This document shows, in pieces, positions 13,680 to 27,427 of a DNA stretch of 64,000 nt. Position 1 is the first letter of the stretch; every line of letters starts with the position of its first letter. The DNA comes from Eledone cirrhosa (Eukaryota), in the NCBI GenBank assembly GCA_964016885.1, contig OZ024754.1, positions 6,696,001-6,760,000 on the forward strand, in the 5' to 3' direction. The translations under genes and the position numbers were made by a program. The notes beneath the pieces are model-generated. The model made no database searches. It was not told where the DNA came from and worked only from the letters and a program-made list of their open reading frames with translations.

Positions 13680-16420
13680 ATGTTGCTGCTGTTGGTGGTG
13701 GTGGTGGTGTTGGTGGTGGTGTTGGTGGTGGTGTTGGTGGTGGTGGTGTTGGTGTTGGTGTTGGTGGTGGTGTTGGTGGTGTTGCTGCTGTTGTTGTTGG
13801 TGGTGGTGTTGCTGCTGTTGCTGCTGTTGTTGATGGTGGTGGTGTTGCTGCTGTTGCTGCTGTTGTTGGTGGTGGTGGTGTTGCTGCTGTTGCTGCTGTT
13901 GTTGGTGGTGGTGGTGTTGCTGCTGTTGCTGCTGTTGTTGTTGGTGGTGGTGTTGCTGCTGGTGGTGTTGGCGGTGGTGGTGTTGCTGCTGTTGGTGGTG
14001 TTGCTGTTGGTGGTGGTGTTGCTGCTGTTGCTGGTGCTGCTGTTGGTGGTGCTGCTGTTGGTGGTGGTGTTGCTGTTGGTGGTGGTGTTGCTGCTGGTGG
14101 TGCTACTGTTGGTGGTGGTGTTGCTGCTGTTGGTGGTGTTGCTGTTGGTGGTGTTGCTGCTGTTGCTGGTGTTGCTGTTGTTGCTGGTGTTGCTGTTGGT
14201 GGTGCTGCTGTTGGTGGTGGTGTTGCTGTTGGTGGTGGTGTTGCTGCTGGTGGTGTTGGCGGTGGTGGTGTTGCTGCTGTTGGTGGTGTTGCTGTTGGTG
14301 GTGGTGTTGCTGCTGTTGGTGTGTTGCTGTTGGTGGTGGTGTTGCTGCTGTTGGTGGTGGTGTTGCTGCTGTTGCTGGTGCTGCTGTTGGTGGTGGTGTT
14401 GCTGTTGGTGGTGGTGTTGCTGCTGTTGGTGGTGGTGTTGTTGCTGTTGCTGGTGCTGCTGTTGGTGGTGGTGTTGCTGCTGTTGCTGGTGCTGCTGTTG
14501 GTGGTGTTGCTGTTGTTGTTGCTGCTGTTGTTGCTGTTGCTGATGTTACTGATATTGTGGTTGTTATTGTTGTTGATGTTGCTGTTAGTGTTTCTATTGC
14601 TGTTGTTGTTGCTGCTGCAGTAGTTGCTGCTGCAGTAGTTGCTGTTGTTGCTGTTGTTGTTGCTGTTGTTGCTGCTGCAGTAGTTGCTGTTGTTGCTGCA
14701 GCAGTTGTATTGTCTTTGATGTTGCTGCTGCTGCTGCTGCTGCTATAGCTTCTGTTGTTGTTGTTGTTGTTACTGATATTACTGTTTTGACATTTACTTC
14801 CGTGTTGTCATTGTTGCTGCTTCTGCTGATGGTGGTGGAGAGGGTGGTGGTGGTGGTGGAGAGGGTGGTGGTGGGAGATGGTGGTGGTGGTGGTGGTGGT
14901 GGCGGTGGAGAGGGTGGTGGTGGGAGATGGTGGTGGTGGCGGTGGAGAGGGTGACGGTGGTGGTGGTGGTGATGATGATGATGATGATGATGGTGTGGTG
15001 GTTGTGATGGTGGTGGTGGTGGTGGTGGTGGTGGTGGGGAGATGGTGGTGGTGGTGGTGGTGGTGGTGGTGGGGAGATGGTGGTGGTGGTGGTGGTGGTG
15101 GTGGTGGTGGTGGGGAGATGGGGGGGTGATGGTGGTAGTGACGGTGGTGGCTGTGGAGAGGGTGATGGTGGTGGTGGATGTGTTGGCGGTGGTGGTAGGG
15201 TTGGGGTGGCGGTAGGGGTGGGTGTGTGGGTGGGTGGGGGGTATTGATGGTGGTGGTATGATAGTGTTAGTGGCGGTGATGATGATTATGACGATGAAAA
15301 TGATAATGGTGATGATGATGGTGAAGTCGAGGCTATTTATATTGGCTTGGCTCTAAGTGGCGTTTGTCGAGTGTCCAGTCCAACCCAGTCTATTAACATA
15401 TGGGGCATGGTGTGGGGGGGGGGGCATGGTGTGGTGTGGCGTTGTGTGGAGTGGTTTGGAGTGGTGTGATAGGGAGTGGTGTGGTGGAGAGTGGTGTAGT
15501 GTGGTGGGTAGTGGTGTGGTAGATAGTGATGTGGTGGGGAGTGGAATGGTGGGAGTGGTGTGGTGGGGGGTGGGGGAGGGGGCGGTAGAGATGGTTGGGG
15601 GGGGGGGTAGGGAGGGGGGGGGTGTTGTGTGGTTGGGAGGGGGGATGGGGGCATGGTGTGATGTCGCGTTGTGTGGAGTGGTTTGGAGTGGTGTGGTGTA
15701 GTATGGTAGTGTTTGGTGGGTGGAGATGTGGTGGGGTGTAGTGTTGTGTGGTGGGGTGGGGTTTTTGAGGGGTGAGGGGTGGTGTGGAGGTGAGGGGGGT
15801 GTGTGGTGTGCAGGTGTGGTGTGTGGGTGGCGTGGAGGTGTGGTGTGTGGGTGTGGGATGCAGGTGGTGTGGAGGTGTGGGGTGTGGGGTGTGGGTGATG
15901 TGGAGGTGTGGGGTGTGGGGTATGGGTGATGTGGAGGTGTGGGGTATGGGTGGTGTGGAGGTGCGGGGTGTGTGGGGGTGATGTGGGGTGTGGGGGTGAT
16001 GTGGGGTGGTAATGAGATGTTGCCTGCTGGCCTTAATGGTGATAGCGAAGTTATTGGGTGGCGAGCGACGGCAATGGTGTTAGTGATGGTGGGGTGTGGT
16101 GGTGGTGGTGGTGGTGGTAGTACTGAAGAGTCATTGAACACTTATGGACAATAGTGTGGTGTGGGGTGGTTTGGTGTGATGGTAGTGGTAGGTGTAGTGG
16201 TAGGTGTGGTGGTAGGTGTGGTGGTAGGTGTGGTGGTAGGTGTGGTGGTAGGTGTGGGGGTAGTGGTAGGTGTGGGGGTAGTAGTAGGTGTGGTGGTAGT
16301 AGTAGTGGTAGGTGTGGTGGTAGTGGTAGGTGTGGTGGTAGTAGGAGTGGTAGTAGTAGTGGTAGGTGTGGGGGTAGGTATGGGGGTAGGTATGGTGGTA
16401 GGTGTGGTGGTAGTAGTGAT
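13680..16420. repeat. Long (GGT/GCT/GTT)n and G-rich low-complexity tract
   Basis: Visible; source of the poly-Gly/Val ORFs. Confidence 0.9.
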
Positions 16421-16672
16421 ATTCATTTCGAAAGAGTGAGAAAGGACATCCGTTCTTTAATGTTGGTGTTGAGTGTTAATGGGGAATATGGAGATGTGTC
16501 ACAGTCATATATATATATGCACAATTGTCAGACATATAAAAGGTTATGTGTGTGTGTGTGTGTGTGCACGAGAAGATATAAGAGTGTGAATTCATTTATA
16601 TCTATTTTCACACAAATATACAAAGATGTCTCACCACCATCTCCATCGTTTTATGCACACACATATATAAAT

Positions 16673-16705
<33 letters not shown>

Positions 16706-16928
16706 CACACACACACATACGGTATATAGACACACACATACACACACAAGGGATATAAAAGGTAGATCAATGCTAACTCTTGTATTTGAATGAAACATGT
16801 AAATCAAATATATAATGCATTAAAGTATTGAACCTTCGTTATTTATGTGTATGTATGTATGTATGTATGTATGTATGTATGTATGTATGTATGTATGTAT
16901 GTATGTATGTATGTATGTATGTATGTAT

Positions 16929-17640
16929 GGAGATCTCTCTGCACTTGTCGTCACATGGTACCATGGGCCCAGCACTATGTGTCAATAATTGTCACAAGTG
17001 TAGTCTTTGTACCAGAGTTTTCAAGTCGCTGGCTGGACTAAAATGTCACACTCGTTCAGCGCATCGGTAGGGGTTCTCCTACATGGATATAAAGTAGTGG
17101 CCGTACTCGAAAACGAGTTGGCAGCCACCATGTATGTTTGTATGTAACATGTAACACAGTACAAGCCGTCTCATGATCGGGTCGTCGGCGACTAAACCGG
17201 CAACCCCATCAAGCTAGCTTGCTGAGGAATGTGATATTTGGACACCCTGCGGAATGAAATACAAGACCCGGCAAAGGGAGGAGGAACTCAGCAGAGTCAA
17301 CGGCCATCCAAATAGTAGTTTGTTTTTTTTCACCTGAGAGTGAAAGGCCCTCAGTTGTTATCACAACACCTTTCTAAGAGAGGGAAACTCTGAAAAAAAA
17401 AAAAAGCGACTTCGGAAGCATCCGATGATGTTGACCAGCTCTCCTTTTCGGGTAGTGTTTTCGATGCTCAGAGAGTGGGATTGGTCGAGTGCAAGGCCTT
17501 TCCCCACTTAAAAAAAACCATCAATTGCTTGTTCAAGATATGTTACAGGTTCGTGTGGCTGGCCGTAGCCTAAAAGAGCACCAAACTCTATAATCTGACA
17601 AGCGATTGCAATACTTTTAGCAGAGTTTGCAGCCATCATG
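16929..17640 (+). mobile_element. RTE-derived non-autonomous element pieces (3' end 16929-17130; related 5' part ~17143-17510)
   Basis: Encodes [23 protein letters not shown]; GGCGACTAAACCGGCAACCCC shared with the 4453-5060 family. Confidence 0.7.
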
Positions 17641-17681
<41 letters not shown>

Positions 17682-17871
17682 GGCCATCCAATAAAGTTTT
17701 TCTTTTTTATTGGAGGAAGATTTGAGTATTACTTCTCGCCGGTTGAACAGTAGTGTGTGTGTGTGTGTGGGGGGGGGGACTCCTTGTTCGTTCATAACGT
17801 TTAGGTATGACTATGGTTTCTCTAGTGTCAACCAGATGAGAAGCATATACGTCTTTGGACAAGATGCTGAT

Positions 17872-18272
17872 CCATCATCTCATCTCATCTGTCCCTTAGT
17901 CTGGCTGACCGTTCGGGCACCACAGCTGACCTGGCAACCAACTCCTTCCATTTCTCTCGCCTCTTCGCCGCCCTCATGGTTGCACCCAGCCTCATGCCTG
18001 TCCCCTCATCTCTTTCCTGTCCGCCTCCCTCCTCCTTGTATTGTTCCCTGAAGGACAGTCCCGGCAAGCCCTGAAGATCTTGTCACATGCGAGTAACATC
18101 TCAATTTGCGTTATTTTACAATGGACAGTAGATCTTTGTAGGACCTGATGGCTTGTCAAATTCTGTTTCGCAGCTCCTCATTGGAGATCCGGTCTGTATG
18201 TGATACCAAGGAGCTTTCTGAATCATCTCATCTCCATAGCCTGTTTCATTCTTTCCAGATCTGCTGTTATTG
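17872..18272 (-). mobile_element. RTE-clade LINE 3' fragment (degenerate)
   Basis: Minus translation AMEMR.FRKLLGI...SNEELRNRI...RKLR.YSHVTRSSGLAGTVLQGTIQGG...REKWKELVARSAVVPERSARLRDR*; (GATGA)n tail. Confidence 0.8.
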
Positions 18273-18682
18273 ACCAAGACTCTTTTATACGTGGTCTATC
18301 TATCATAGATACATTTATATGCGAGTCAGGGTTGAACGGATTTCACTTAACAAATGAATTGATCTCCCAATACTCAACACTATTTGTCAAAGCTATTTGT
18401 CCACTCCGGTTATCTATTTAACTCACTCTGTATACTTAGCATAGATTGTGGCGAGTAAAATAAGAAATTGGAATATTGCTGTTTGATTGAACATGAAATA
18501 TTTGAATTTTTTTTTTATTGATTTTAGATGTAAGTGAATGTTTGATGTGAAATATCTCTTACATCTAATACCGCTCCTTCACATTTGTATCTACATTTGT
18601 ATATATATGTGTATGTATATATGTGTATGTATATATGTGTGCGTGTATGTATACATTTGAGTATATATTCACACACACACAC

Positions 18683-18716
<34 letters not shown>

Positions 18717-18771
18717 CATACTTTGTGTCTGCATCGTTGTGTCTGCGTGTGTAAACATTTGAGTATATATT

Positions 18772-18817
<46 letters not shown>

Positions 18818-18856
18818 CATACGTTGTGTCTGTGTGTGTAAACATTTGAGTATATA

Positions 18857-18904
<48 letters not shown>

Positions 18905-19016
18905 TCCAGTTCCTCAGAGAAATAACAACACAACCAGGATCTAGACATATCGATGTATTGACAGAGTAAAACACACTTCAACAACATGTGTACCTGTCTT
19001 TCCCACAGCAATTCGG

Positions 19017-19081
19017 ACTGCCTGAAGAGGTCACAGCCATCATGATATCATGATGGCTGTCACCGAAATATATATAGTAGT
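19017..19081 (+). ncRNA. Minimal type I hammerhead ribozyme, family E-related
   Basis: ACUGC-CUGAAGA-GGU-C-ACAGCCAUCAUGA-UA-UCAUGAUGGCUGU-C-ACC-GAAA-UAUAUA-UA-GUAGU. Confidence 0.85.
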
Positions 19082-19137
19082 ATATCTATAATTTATAATA
19101 AACGAAGCCAAATTTTACATATTTGACTTAATTATTT

Positions 19138-19232
<95 letters not shown>

Positions 19233-19278
19233 GTGTACTTTATGTCTGCTTCGGTGTGCGTGTATTTGTGTCTACATC

Positions 19279-19405
<127 letters not shown>

Positions 19406-19534
19406 TATATCTGCTTCGGTGTGTGTGTATTTGTGTCTACATTATTGTGTGTGTGTGTATGTGTGTATATTTAAGTCTCCATCGCTGTATTCAAATATAA
19501 GTAATCGACGGATGTCTAACATACATACATAAAG

Positions 19535-19742
19535 GTTTCTGCTTTAGCCACAAGGCCAGCAATTTGGGGGGAAGGGAAAGTCGATTAAATCAACCCTCCA
19601 GTACATTACTGGTACTTTATATTATCGACCCCGTAAGGATGAAAGGCAAAGCTAACCTCGGCGAGATTTGAACTCAGAACGTAAAGAGCCATAACTATGC
19701 TGCAAAGCATATTGTCTGACGCTCTACCGATCCTGCCAATCT
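19535..19742 (-). mobile_element. tRNA-derived SINE (main family)
   Basis: Reverse complement of the 19771-19960 family. Confidence 0.85.
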
Positions 19743-19770
19743 TCCTTATTTATTATCTTAACCCTTTTCA

Positions 19771-19960
19771 GGGCGGTGGATTGGCAGTATCGGTAGAGGG
19801 TCGGACGCCATGCTTTCCAGCATAGTCACGCCCCTTTACTATCTGAGTTCAAATCCCGCCGAGGTTGACTTTGCCTTTCATCCTTACGGGGTCGATAAAA
19901 TAAAGTACCAGTAATGCACTGGTGAATTGCTGGCCTTGCGCCAAAAAGTAGAAACAATTA
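19771..19960 (+). mobile_element. tRNA-derived SINE (main family) with TSD ATTATCTTAACCCTTTTCA
   Basis: A box TGGCAGTATCGG, B box GAGTTCAAATCC, core GCCTTTCATCCTTACGGGGTCGATAAAATAAAGTACCAG; 19-bp direct repeat flanks. Confidence 0.9.
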
Positions 19961-19962
19961 TC

Positions 19963-20238
19963 TTAACCCTTTTCATGCCAAACCCCTTGAAACCACCGCT
20001 GTTTCTATGATACAAAACTGTTTCTTTGAAGGTGTTTATATATAGCTAAAAATCTTTCATCACTGTTTTCTAAGAATCTTATTTCAAGTAATATTCCAAA
20101 CACCAGTTTAATAATTAGAAATTTAATTGTATTATTAAATCCCTCCAAATTCTTGATAATTTAAAAAAAATATTCGAACATCAAATCGTTTATAATATTT
20201 TTAATGAAATCATTAAAATATGGTAATGAAGGGGTTAA
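19963..20238. mobile_element. piggyBac-type MITE
   Basis: TTAA-CCCTTTTCATGCCA...TGGTAATGAAGGGG-TTAA termini. Confidence 0.55.
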
Positions 20239-20683
20239 CTTTGATTCACAAAAACTGGTGATTTCCTCTTCCATCGACAAATGATCGGTTAGGCGTGATT
20301 CTCCATCTTCACACGGATTGCAGTATTAGGAGGGTTCTCTAGCTTTAATTTTAGGAGGCGGCTGGTCTCTACATTTCTTGCTACAAGTCATTATCCCTTA
20401 CCATCCTCCGAGGAAACGCCTTCTCCATTCTGTCCGCCGGGGCTGTGGGGAGGCCAGCACGTGGGACCCCACTTGCTCACCATACAGAGAGATGAGGGGA
20501 GGGCGAGAGAAATGGAGGCGATGTCAGTGTGAGTTCGGCTCTTCCACGTTCGGACCATATCCTTGTGGTTATATACTCCAACTCAAATGTATATAACAGA
20601 AAATGGAGGTCCCATCCCATCCCATTCTTATCATATGCATAGCTGACACCTTTTTATTTTTTTTAACTATGTATTATAAAATC

Positions 20684-20742
<59 letters not shown>

Positions 20743-20946
20743 AGGAGGTAAGTTTTATTGTAGTACAATAAAGCAATGCAGATATCGGATAAGAAGCACT
20801 CTACAGTTTGTAGGACTGGAGTATACATAATATATAAGAACAAAAGATGGTTAAAGGAGTTCCATGTATTTCATTATGCGCATATATGTTGATTTAAAAC
20901 TGAACTATCCACAAGTGTTTTTTAGCCTTCATATCATGTCCTCCTG

Positions 20947-21013
20947 TTTTATCTGATGAAAACACAAATATTATTGCATGATGATATTTGTTTTTGAAAT
21001 GCGCATAATAAAA
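20947..21013 (+). ncRNA. Minimal type I hammerhead ribozyme, family B (element 20738-21050 in (TA)n)
   Basis: UUUUAU-CUGAUGA-long stem II (ACAAAUAU.../...AUAUUUGU)-GAAA-UGCGCA-UA-AUAAAA. Confidence 0.8.
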
Positions 21014-21149
21014 TACATGGAACTCCTTTAACCATCTTTTGTTCTTATATATATATATATATATATATATAAACATATATATAAATCCTGTTAAACCGAG
21101 CAACCAAGACAATATTGACTGTACAACAAAGTCACTACCTCACTACTCA

Positions 21150-21290
21150 CCACCATAGGCGTTGAGCTGGCCAGCCGTAGGTGTGAGCCTCGCAAGCTGG
21201 AATGGTTTTTCCAGCGCACCTCCCTTGCCGTCCTCCGGGGAAACGCCTTCTCCATTGTCCGTCGGGGGTGTGGGGAGGCCACCAACATGA
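21150..21290 (+). mobile_element. CRE-clade-like LINE 3' fragment (related piece at 20380-20460)
   Basis: Encodes EPRKLEWFFQRTSLAVLRGNAFSI, matching the FQRxSxAxxRGNA terminal motif of CRE ORFs. Confidence 0.65.
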
Positions 21291-22312
21291 TTGACTGTCT
21301 TGTCATTTTATCAGTCAGCTGTTTTTAGACATCACCCAGTTAAATATGATTCAAGCTGTACATTATAGTCACACAGTTAACTCTTATCAAGTCACTAATT
21401 GTATTATAGTATAGAACTAAAAGTGTCTGTATATTCCCTCCACCACTTTATCCAGCTAATCCTACCAATATTTTCACTAACCCCACCTCTATACACCGAC
21501 CTTCAACACCTGCCTCTCGCTCACTGACCAGTTAAAATTCTATGATTATATCTACTACATGACATAAACTACAGACAGAACATGGTCATAAGAGTTCAAA
21601 TCCCGCCAAGGTCGATAAAATAAAGTCCCAGTCAAGAACTGGTGTGGTTATAATCGACTAACCTCTCGCACCAAATTTCTATCTTTGTGTCTAAATTAGA
21701 AAAATATATAATTAAAAACAGTTAAGCTTGAAACGATTATGCCTGGCAAGGACAACAAAATGAGAAGATCCGACTTCCATGGATTAGATAAAGAGTTTTC
21801 TGCCTTGACCGCTAGCCACGTGATAGTTTTTAGCCATTTTGAATTCATTTCTGGCGGTGATCATGGTAGAAGAAACTTAGTCCAGTCTGGGGTATCTCCT
21901 GATGAGTTGCAAGCCTCGTGGATTTATCCAAGACCGGGTATGTCCAAAAAGTGGAATGAAACCACCGGTTGGTAGAGACTAAGAGAATTTTGGTAAAATG
22001 TATGTGCATTTTTTTCTTCAAACTTCTATTTTGTACCTAATTCCATGCAGTTAACTATTTGTCTAATCAATTTCTACAGGCTAAAAGAAATAATTAGATA
22101 AGTGTCATATAGCTGTACATCGCAGAAAATAATCTGTATCATTTGTCTATTATTTCTTCATAAGTACATTTTAAACTTATAGCCTCGTTTAAATGATTTT
22201 TTATATGGTTGATTTATACTGATTATATCTAATGGTTCTTTGGACTTATATATATATATATAGTATAAGAATAAAATAACAAAGAATCAGTGTTGCATCA
22301 TAACATTTAATA

Positions 22313-22402
22313 ACATATTACATATGTTTCACTGTCGATCAGCTTGAGGAACGATCAATTATTGATCAAACCTGACTGGAATCGAAAGATCCTCAGATAT
22401 GC
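22313..22402 (-). ncRNA. Minimal type I hammerhead ribozyme, family G (island 22263-22437 in (TA)n)
   Basis: Minus: GCAUAU-CUGAGGA-U-extended stem II (UGAUCAA-UAA-UUGAUCG apex)-U-GAAA-CAUAUG-UA-AUAUGU. Confidence 0.8.
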
Positions 22403-22431
22403 CTCATTACGTAAGCTCGTCTCTGATTTTG

Positions 22432-22479
<48 letters not shown>

Positions 22480-23000
22480 AATGTGTGTATGTGTGAGTGT
22501 ATGTATGTGTGTGTATGTGTGAGTGTAAATGACAAATAAAACGAAAGAACAGGCGACTGACCAAAGTAAACAAAAGTAAAAGAAATAAGTAGTTCCAGTG
22601 TGTATAGAAATTGTGTCCGACAAAGCAAATGAGATGTGTACAATAAAAATATTTACGCTGAATAGACAAAAAAAGCAAAGCATCTGACGTTTCGGGTTAA
22701 GCACTTTATTAACGGTGAGTAAGAGAAGAAAAGAGTAAACATGAAATAAGAAAAGTTTTAGAACGATACCAAGTTTAAGAACAGGTGTGGTTCTAATGGC
22801 TATATGTATATGGTTATATATATATATATATACACCCACGTGTGTGCTGTCATATATATATATATATATATATATACATCCAAGCATATATACACACACG
22901 TCCACATACTTATGTATTTAAATTCCGCTTTGAGGATTAGTTGTTCATTTGTTCGGCTGCCGTTTATGCCAAACTTGAAATGACAACTCTCTCCACCCAC

Positions 23001-23037
<37 letters not shown>

Positions 23038-23287
23038 ATACAGTATTCTCTATGGAAAGATATGATAAACATGGGTGATTTCCTCTGGTGTTAGGTTAGT
23101 CAATATCTAAGTCAACAAAATGACATATCTGGCTATATTTTTCAATGCAACTTCACGTTATAATCACCTGAAAATGACAGCACTGTATGTATTCCCTCTC
23201 TACCTACTTACCTACCTCCCAACCTACCTATTTATCTAACTATCTATCTACCTACCTATAACTACCTATCTACCTACCTATTTATTT

Positions 23288-23472
23288 CGGTGGATTGGCA
23301 GTATCGGTAGAGGGTCAGACGCCATGCTTTCCAGCATAGTTACGTCCCTTTACGATCTGAGTTCAAATCCCGCCGAGGTTGACTTTGCCTTTCATCCTTA
23401 CGGGGTCGATAAAATAAAGTACCAGTAATGCACTGGGTAACTGCTGGCCTTGTGCCTAAAGTAGAAACAATT
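23288..23472 (+). mobile_element. tRNA-derived SINE (main family)
   Basis: Full match to family consensus. Confidence 0.9.
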
Positions 23473-23607
23473 ACAATAAAGAAATTTATCTATTTATCTA
23501 TTTATTTATCTAACTATCTATCTATCTACCTACCTATGTGTGTGTGTCTACCTACCTATCTATTTATTTATCTAACTATCTACCTACATATCTATTTATC
23601 TATCTAT

Positions 23608-23925
23608 CAGGTGTTATACCCCAGCAAATTTTATAAAAGGGGGTGAATGTGGCAAAGATGGTCCGGGTGGTTGGGCCTTCTCTCTATATAAGCCTGTAGG
23701 TTGAGGAAAAAGAGGAAGAGAGAACTCACTCTTGGTGCTCCTGGAGAAGAGGGTTGTACATTTGTTCGGGGTGTGTACAACCCCTGCGTAACGCCTCCCC
23801 CCTATTGGGGATATCAATTGTTATTTGTTATTTTATTAATAGTTTTATTTTCATATACCTGTATGTAAACTCCCCATTTGTATTTGTCCCCTTCTTTTGT
23901 GCTCTTGTGGCTAATAAAGAAATTT
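23608..23925 (+). mobile_element. L1/Tx1-like LINE 3' end within (TATC)n
   Basis: QVLYPSKFYKR/VNVAKMVRVVGPSLYISL* (with a frameshift), then T-rich UTR and AATAAAGAAAT; embedded in TATC microsatellite. Confidence 0.5.
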
Positions 23926-24236
23926 ATCTATCTATCTATCTACCAACTTACCTACCTACCTATTTATATATCTACCTACCTACCTATATATCTGCCTATG
24001 TGTCGGTCTATCTACCTACCTACCTATTTATATATCTACCTACCTACCTATATATCTGCCTATATGTCGGTCTATGTACCCACCTACCTATTTATTTAGC
24101 TATTTTCCTTCCTTCCTCTCACGTATACTCTCTGTATGTATTATATCTATATTGTATGTGTGCTCGTGTCCGAAGAAAGAGAAAGTGAGATTGAAGGCCA
24201 TATAAACATGCGCCCACACGTATGTATGTATGTAAA

Positions 24237-24655
24237 CTTGGTGGGGTTGCCGGTTTAGTCGCCGACGATCCGACCATGCGACAGGTTGTACCGGGTTACA
24301 TGTTACCAATAGCACTCAAGAGGGACCCGACATGTACCGCTCGGTTAAACCACTGGGTGTGAAGGACTCCTAGCCTTTGTCAGGGTATTCTTCTAGGAGA
24401 AGGTATCTCAAGAAACTGGGATAACTCCGATATAAAACCTGCGGCTCAGTAGTTAACAATGATGTTGATCTTTTCTTCTTTTCGGGTTATAGCTACTGTC
24501 GCTCAGAGAGTGGGATTGGCTCAGTGCACAGTCTTTCCTCACTTTAAAAAATATCTTCACGCACAGGCATTGCACGATAGAATTAATTAATAATTATTAA
24601 TAATGGTATATCGTGCAATGGCCATACTCGATAACGAGGGGGCAGCCATCATCAT
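24237..24655. mobile_element. Rearranged RTE-derived non-autonomous element
   Basis: CTTGGTGGGGTTGCCGGTTTAGTCGCC segment inverted relative to the TAGCCTTTGTCA...TGGCCATACTCGATAACGAG...CAGCCATCATCA segment; (TATG)n tail. Confidence 0.6.
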
Positions 24656-24974
24656 GTATGTATGTATGTATGTATGTATGTATGTATGTATGTATGTATG
24701 TATGTATGTATGTATGTATGTATGTATGTATGAATGTGTGTGTGTATATATGTGTGTGTGTGTGTGCGCGTCACGTTAAGAAGGCGCTTACATTGCAAAA
24801 CGCTCTTCAGATAAATTTTGACGACATATATAACACTGACACATACATATACTGACATACACACATATATATATATAAATATATACTTATATACACACAC
24901 ACACATACATATACTGACACACACACATATATATATATAAATATATATACTTATATACACACATATGCTTACAA

Positions 24975-25012
<38 letters not shown>

Positions 25013-26011
25013 TTAGACACACACACCCATGTATACACACACACACACATATACTTACACACATACACACATATATATATACACACACACACGCATATAT
25101 ACACACAAAAGTAAATGTATAGCCACTTAATTCCTACAGAACCAACCATGCTAAGACATACCTACATTTATATAAATATAGAAAAGCACTATTACATATC
25201 TATAGACCCCCCCCTCTCTCTATATATATACACATCCTACCCCCCCCCCTCTCTCTCTATATATATATACTCTCTCTCTCTCTCTCTCTGTAAACCATTG
25301 CTGTATTCTGAGTGTTCGTGAATAGTTTTGGCTTCCTCTCCACCAAACTTGTCAGATTTACTGTCAAATATAATATTTATTAATTCTTAGGAATCGAAGA
25401 CTTAATCGTCAGATTCCGACACACACATACACACACTCTCTCTCACACACACACGAACACACAAGCACCCATACACACACAAACACACACGCACACATAC
25501 ACACACTCTCTCTCTCTCTCTCTCACAAACAAACACACACGCACAACACAAACAAACAACACAAACTTACACACACATTTACTACACAAGCAAGTACACG
25601 CAAACACACACAGAACACATACACACACACAGAAAAACACACGCAATCACACACACAGAAAAACACACGCAATCACACACACAGAAAAACACACGCAATC
25701 ACACACAACTGTGTATATGTGTATGTGTGTGTGTGTGGAGAGGAGATGGTGGACTTCCATCGAGATCGAAGACTTAATCGTCAGATTCCGAGACACACAC
25801 ACACACACACACACAACGCACCTACAGAAACACAAGCAATCACACAGACACAGACATACACTTACCACACACATACACACACACTTACCACACCTACAGA
25901 AACACAAGCAAGCACACACGAATGTGTGTATATGTGTGTGTGTATATATATATACAATTACAATTATATTTACTGTATATATATATATATTATATATATA
26001 TATATATATAT

Positions 26012-26049
<38 letters not shown>

Positions 26050-26283
26050 TAAATCATGTCCTTAGAATCACTAGATAAAATATATACCATTTCCTCTCCC
26101 AATTAGCATAATTAACCATATAAAAAATCAATCAGACCAAGCTATAAGAATAAAGGCTCCTATGAAGACATTTTCGACAAATAACCGAAAGCGGCCTCTT
26201 CGCGGTGGCCCCGATAGAGTATTTATCCAACATTTCAATACCATGTAGAAACTGACCAAATATACCGTCAACCATACACAATT

Positions 26284-26374
26284 AGGTGTAAATTCAAACT
26301 TAGAAGAAATGTGTACACACCGTAATTATCTCTTACGGTATGTACACATTTCTTCTAAGTTTGAATTTACACCT
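26284..26374. repeat. ~42-bp inverted repeat with 7-nt loop
   Basis: AGGTGTAAATTCAAACTTAGAAGAAATGTGTACA.ACCGTAA / TTACGGT.TGTACACATTTCTTCTAAGTTTGAATTTACACCT. Confidence 0.85.
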
Positions 26375-26706
26375 TTCTCTCCTTTATTTAATTTCTCTTC
26401 CCCTACCCAACCAAATACCACCCCATTTCCTGAACAAGTTGGTTATAATGCTTATCCAGGTTTACTTTCTAATGACAAAAACTTCCCTTAGACCATCCAA
26501 GTGAAATTAAACATTTCGTAATCCACCTCTTGCTCACAATGAAACACGCCTAGGCAAACATATAAGGGTACATGACATACAAATAGAAAAATAAAATAAA
26601 CACCTTTCCATCCTCACTAATATACAGACACAAAAAACAGCCACAACGTACACACGTTTCATCTCTCTCAGTCAAACTCATTCCATAACGGTTCTATACC
26701 ATAGAC

Positions 26707-26997
26707 CAGGCATAGGCAACTTTTTTCGAGAATCGGGCCGCATGTTATATGGATCATCATCAGGCGGGCCGCAAGCGCTAATTTACATTCGTCCCCACAT
26801 TAAAAAAAATGGGAGGAAACTCAAGTTGTTTTGATTTGTTTCTTCAAAATTCGTACACGTTGTTTTTCTCGATCGTAAAAATGATAGAAAGATAAATTAC
26901 GACTGAAAAGTTGGAGTAAAGAATCAGAAAGATTTCACTTAGGTGACTTAGGCGAGCATTTCAGAAAACTTCGCGGGCCGCAGGTTGTTCATGACTG
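26707..26997. mobile_element. hAT (Charlie-type) MITE with degenerate TIRs
   Basis: CAGGCATAGGCAAC...GTTGTTCATGACTG; internal GCGGGCCGC repeats. Confidence 0.65.
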
Positions 26998-27219
26998 CCT
27001 TAGATCATCCAAGCAAAATTAAACATTTAGTAATCCACCTGCTCACAATGAAACGCGCCTAGACAAACATATAAGGGTACATGACATGCAAATAAAAAAA
27101 ATAATAAACACCCTTTCATCCTCACTAATATACAGACAAAAAAAAGAAAACAGCTACAACGTAAACACGTTTCATCCCTCTCAGCCAAACTCATACCCTA
27201 ACAGTTCTATACCATAGAC

Positions 27220-27427
27220 CAGGCATGTCAAACTAAGGGTTCCCCGAGGGCCACATGGGTCACATATGTGTTGTCTGAGGGTCACACATGACAATTAATT
27301 GTGCACATTACAACTAATATTTTTTTATTTTATAATACGCTCGCGCTGTAAAAACCTTTGTGCGGGCCGCAGGTGTGCTCGGGAAAGGACCACATTCAGC
27401 CCGCGGGCCGTATGTTTGACATGCCTG
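27220..27427. mobile_element. hAT MITE
   Basis: Perfect 14-bp TIR CAGGCATGTCAAAC/GTTTGACATGCCTG; 8-bp TSD CCATAGAC on both sides. Confidence 0.9.

Noticed and set aside
13646-14623. 325-aa Gly/Val/Ala-rich ORF resembling a structural protein
   Set aside because: Trinucleotide microsatellite open in several frames, with no domain or splice support. The same applies to 5882..6526, 43185..44229 and all YI/CV/HT-repeat ORFs.
19771-19860. tRNA genes
   Set aside because: A and B boxes belong to SINE heads; no cloverleaf, and the sequence continues into the SINE body.
23608-23925. Solo LTR (TG start, TATA, AATAAA)
   Set aside because: No CA end or TSD; better explained as a LINE 3' end.
25395-25795. 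CUGACGA on the minus strand in a duplicated 25-bp motif
   Set aside because: No downstream GAAA or stem III could be placed.
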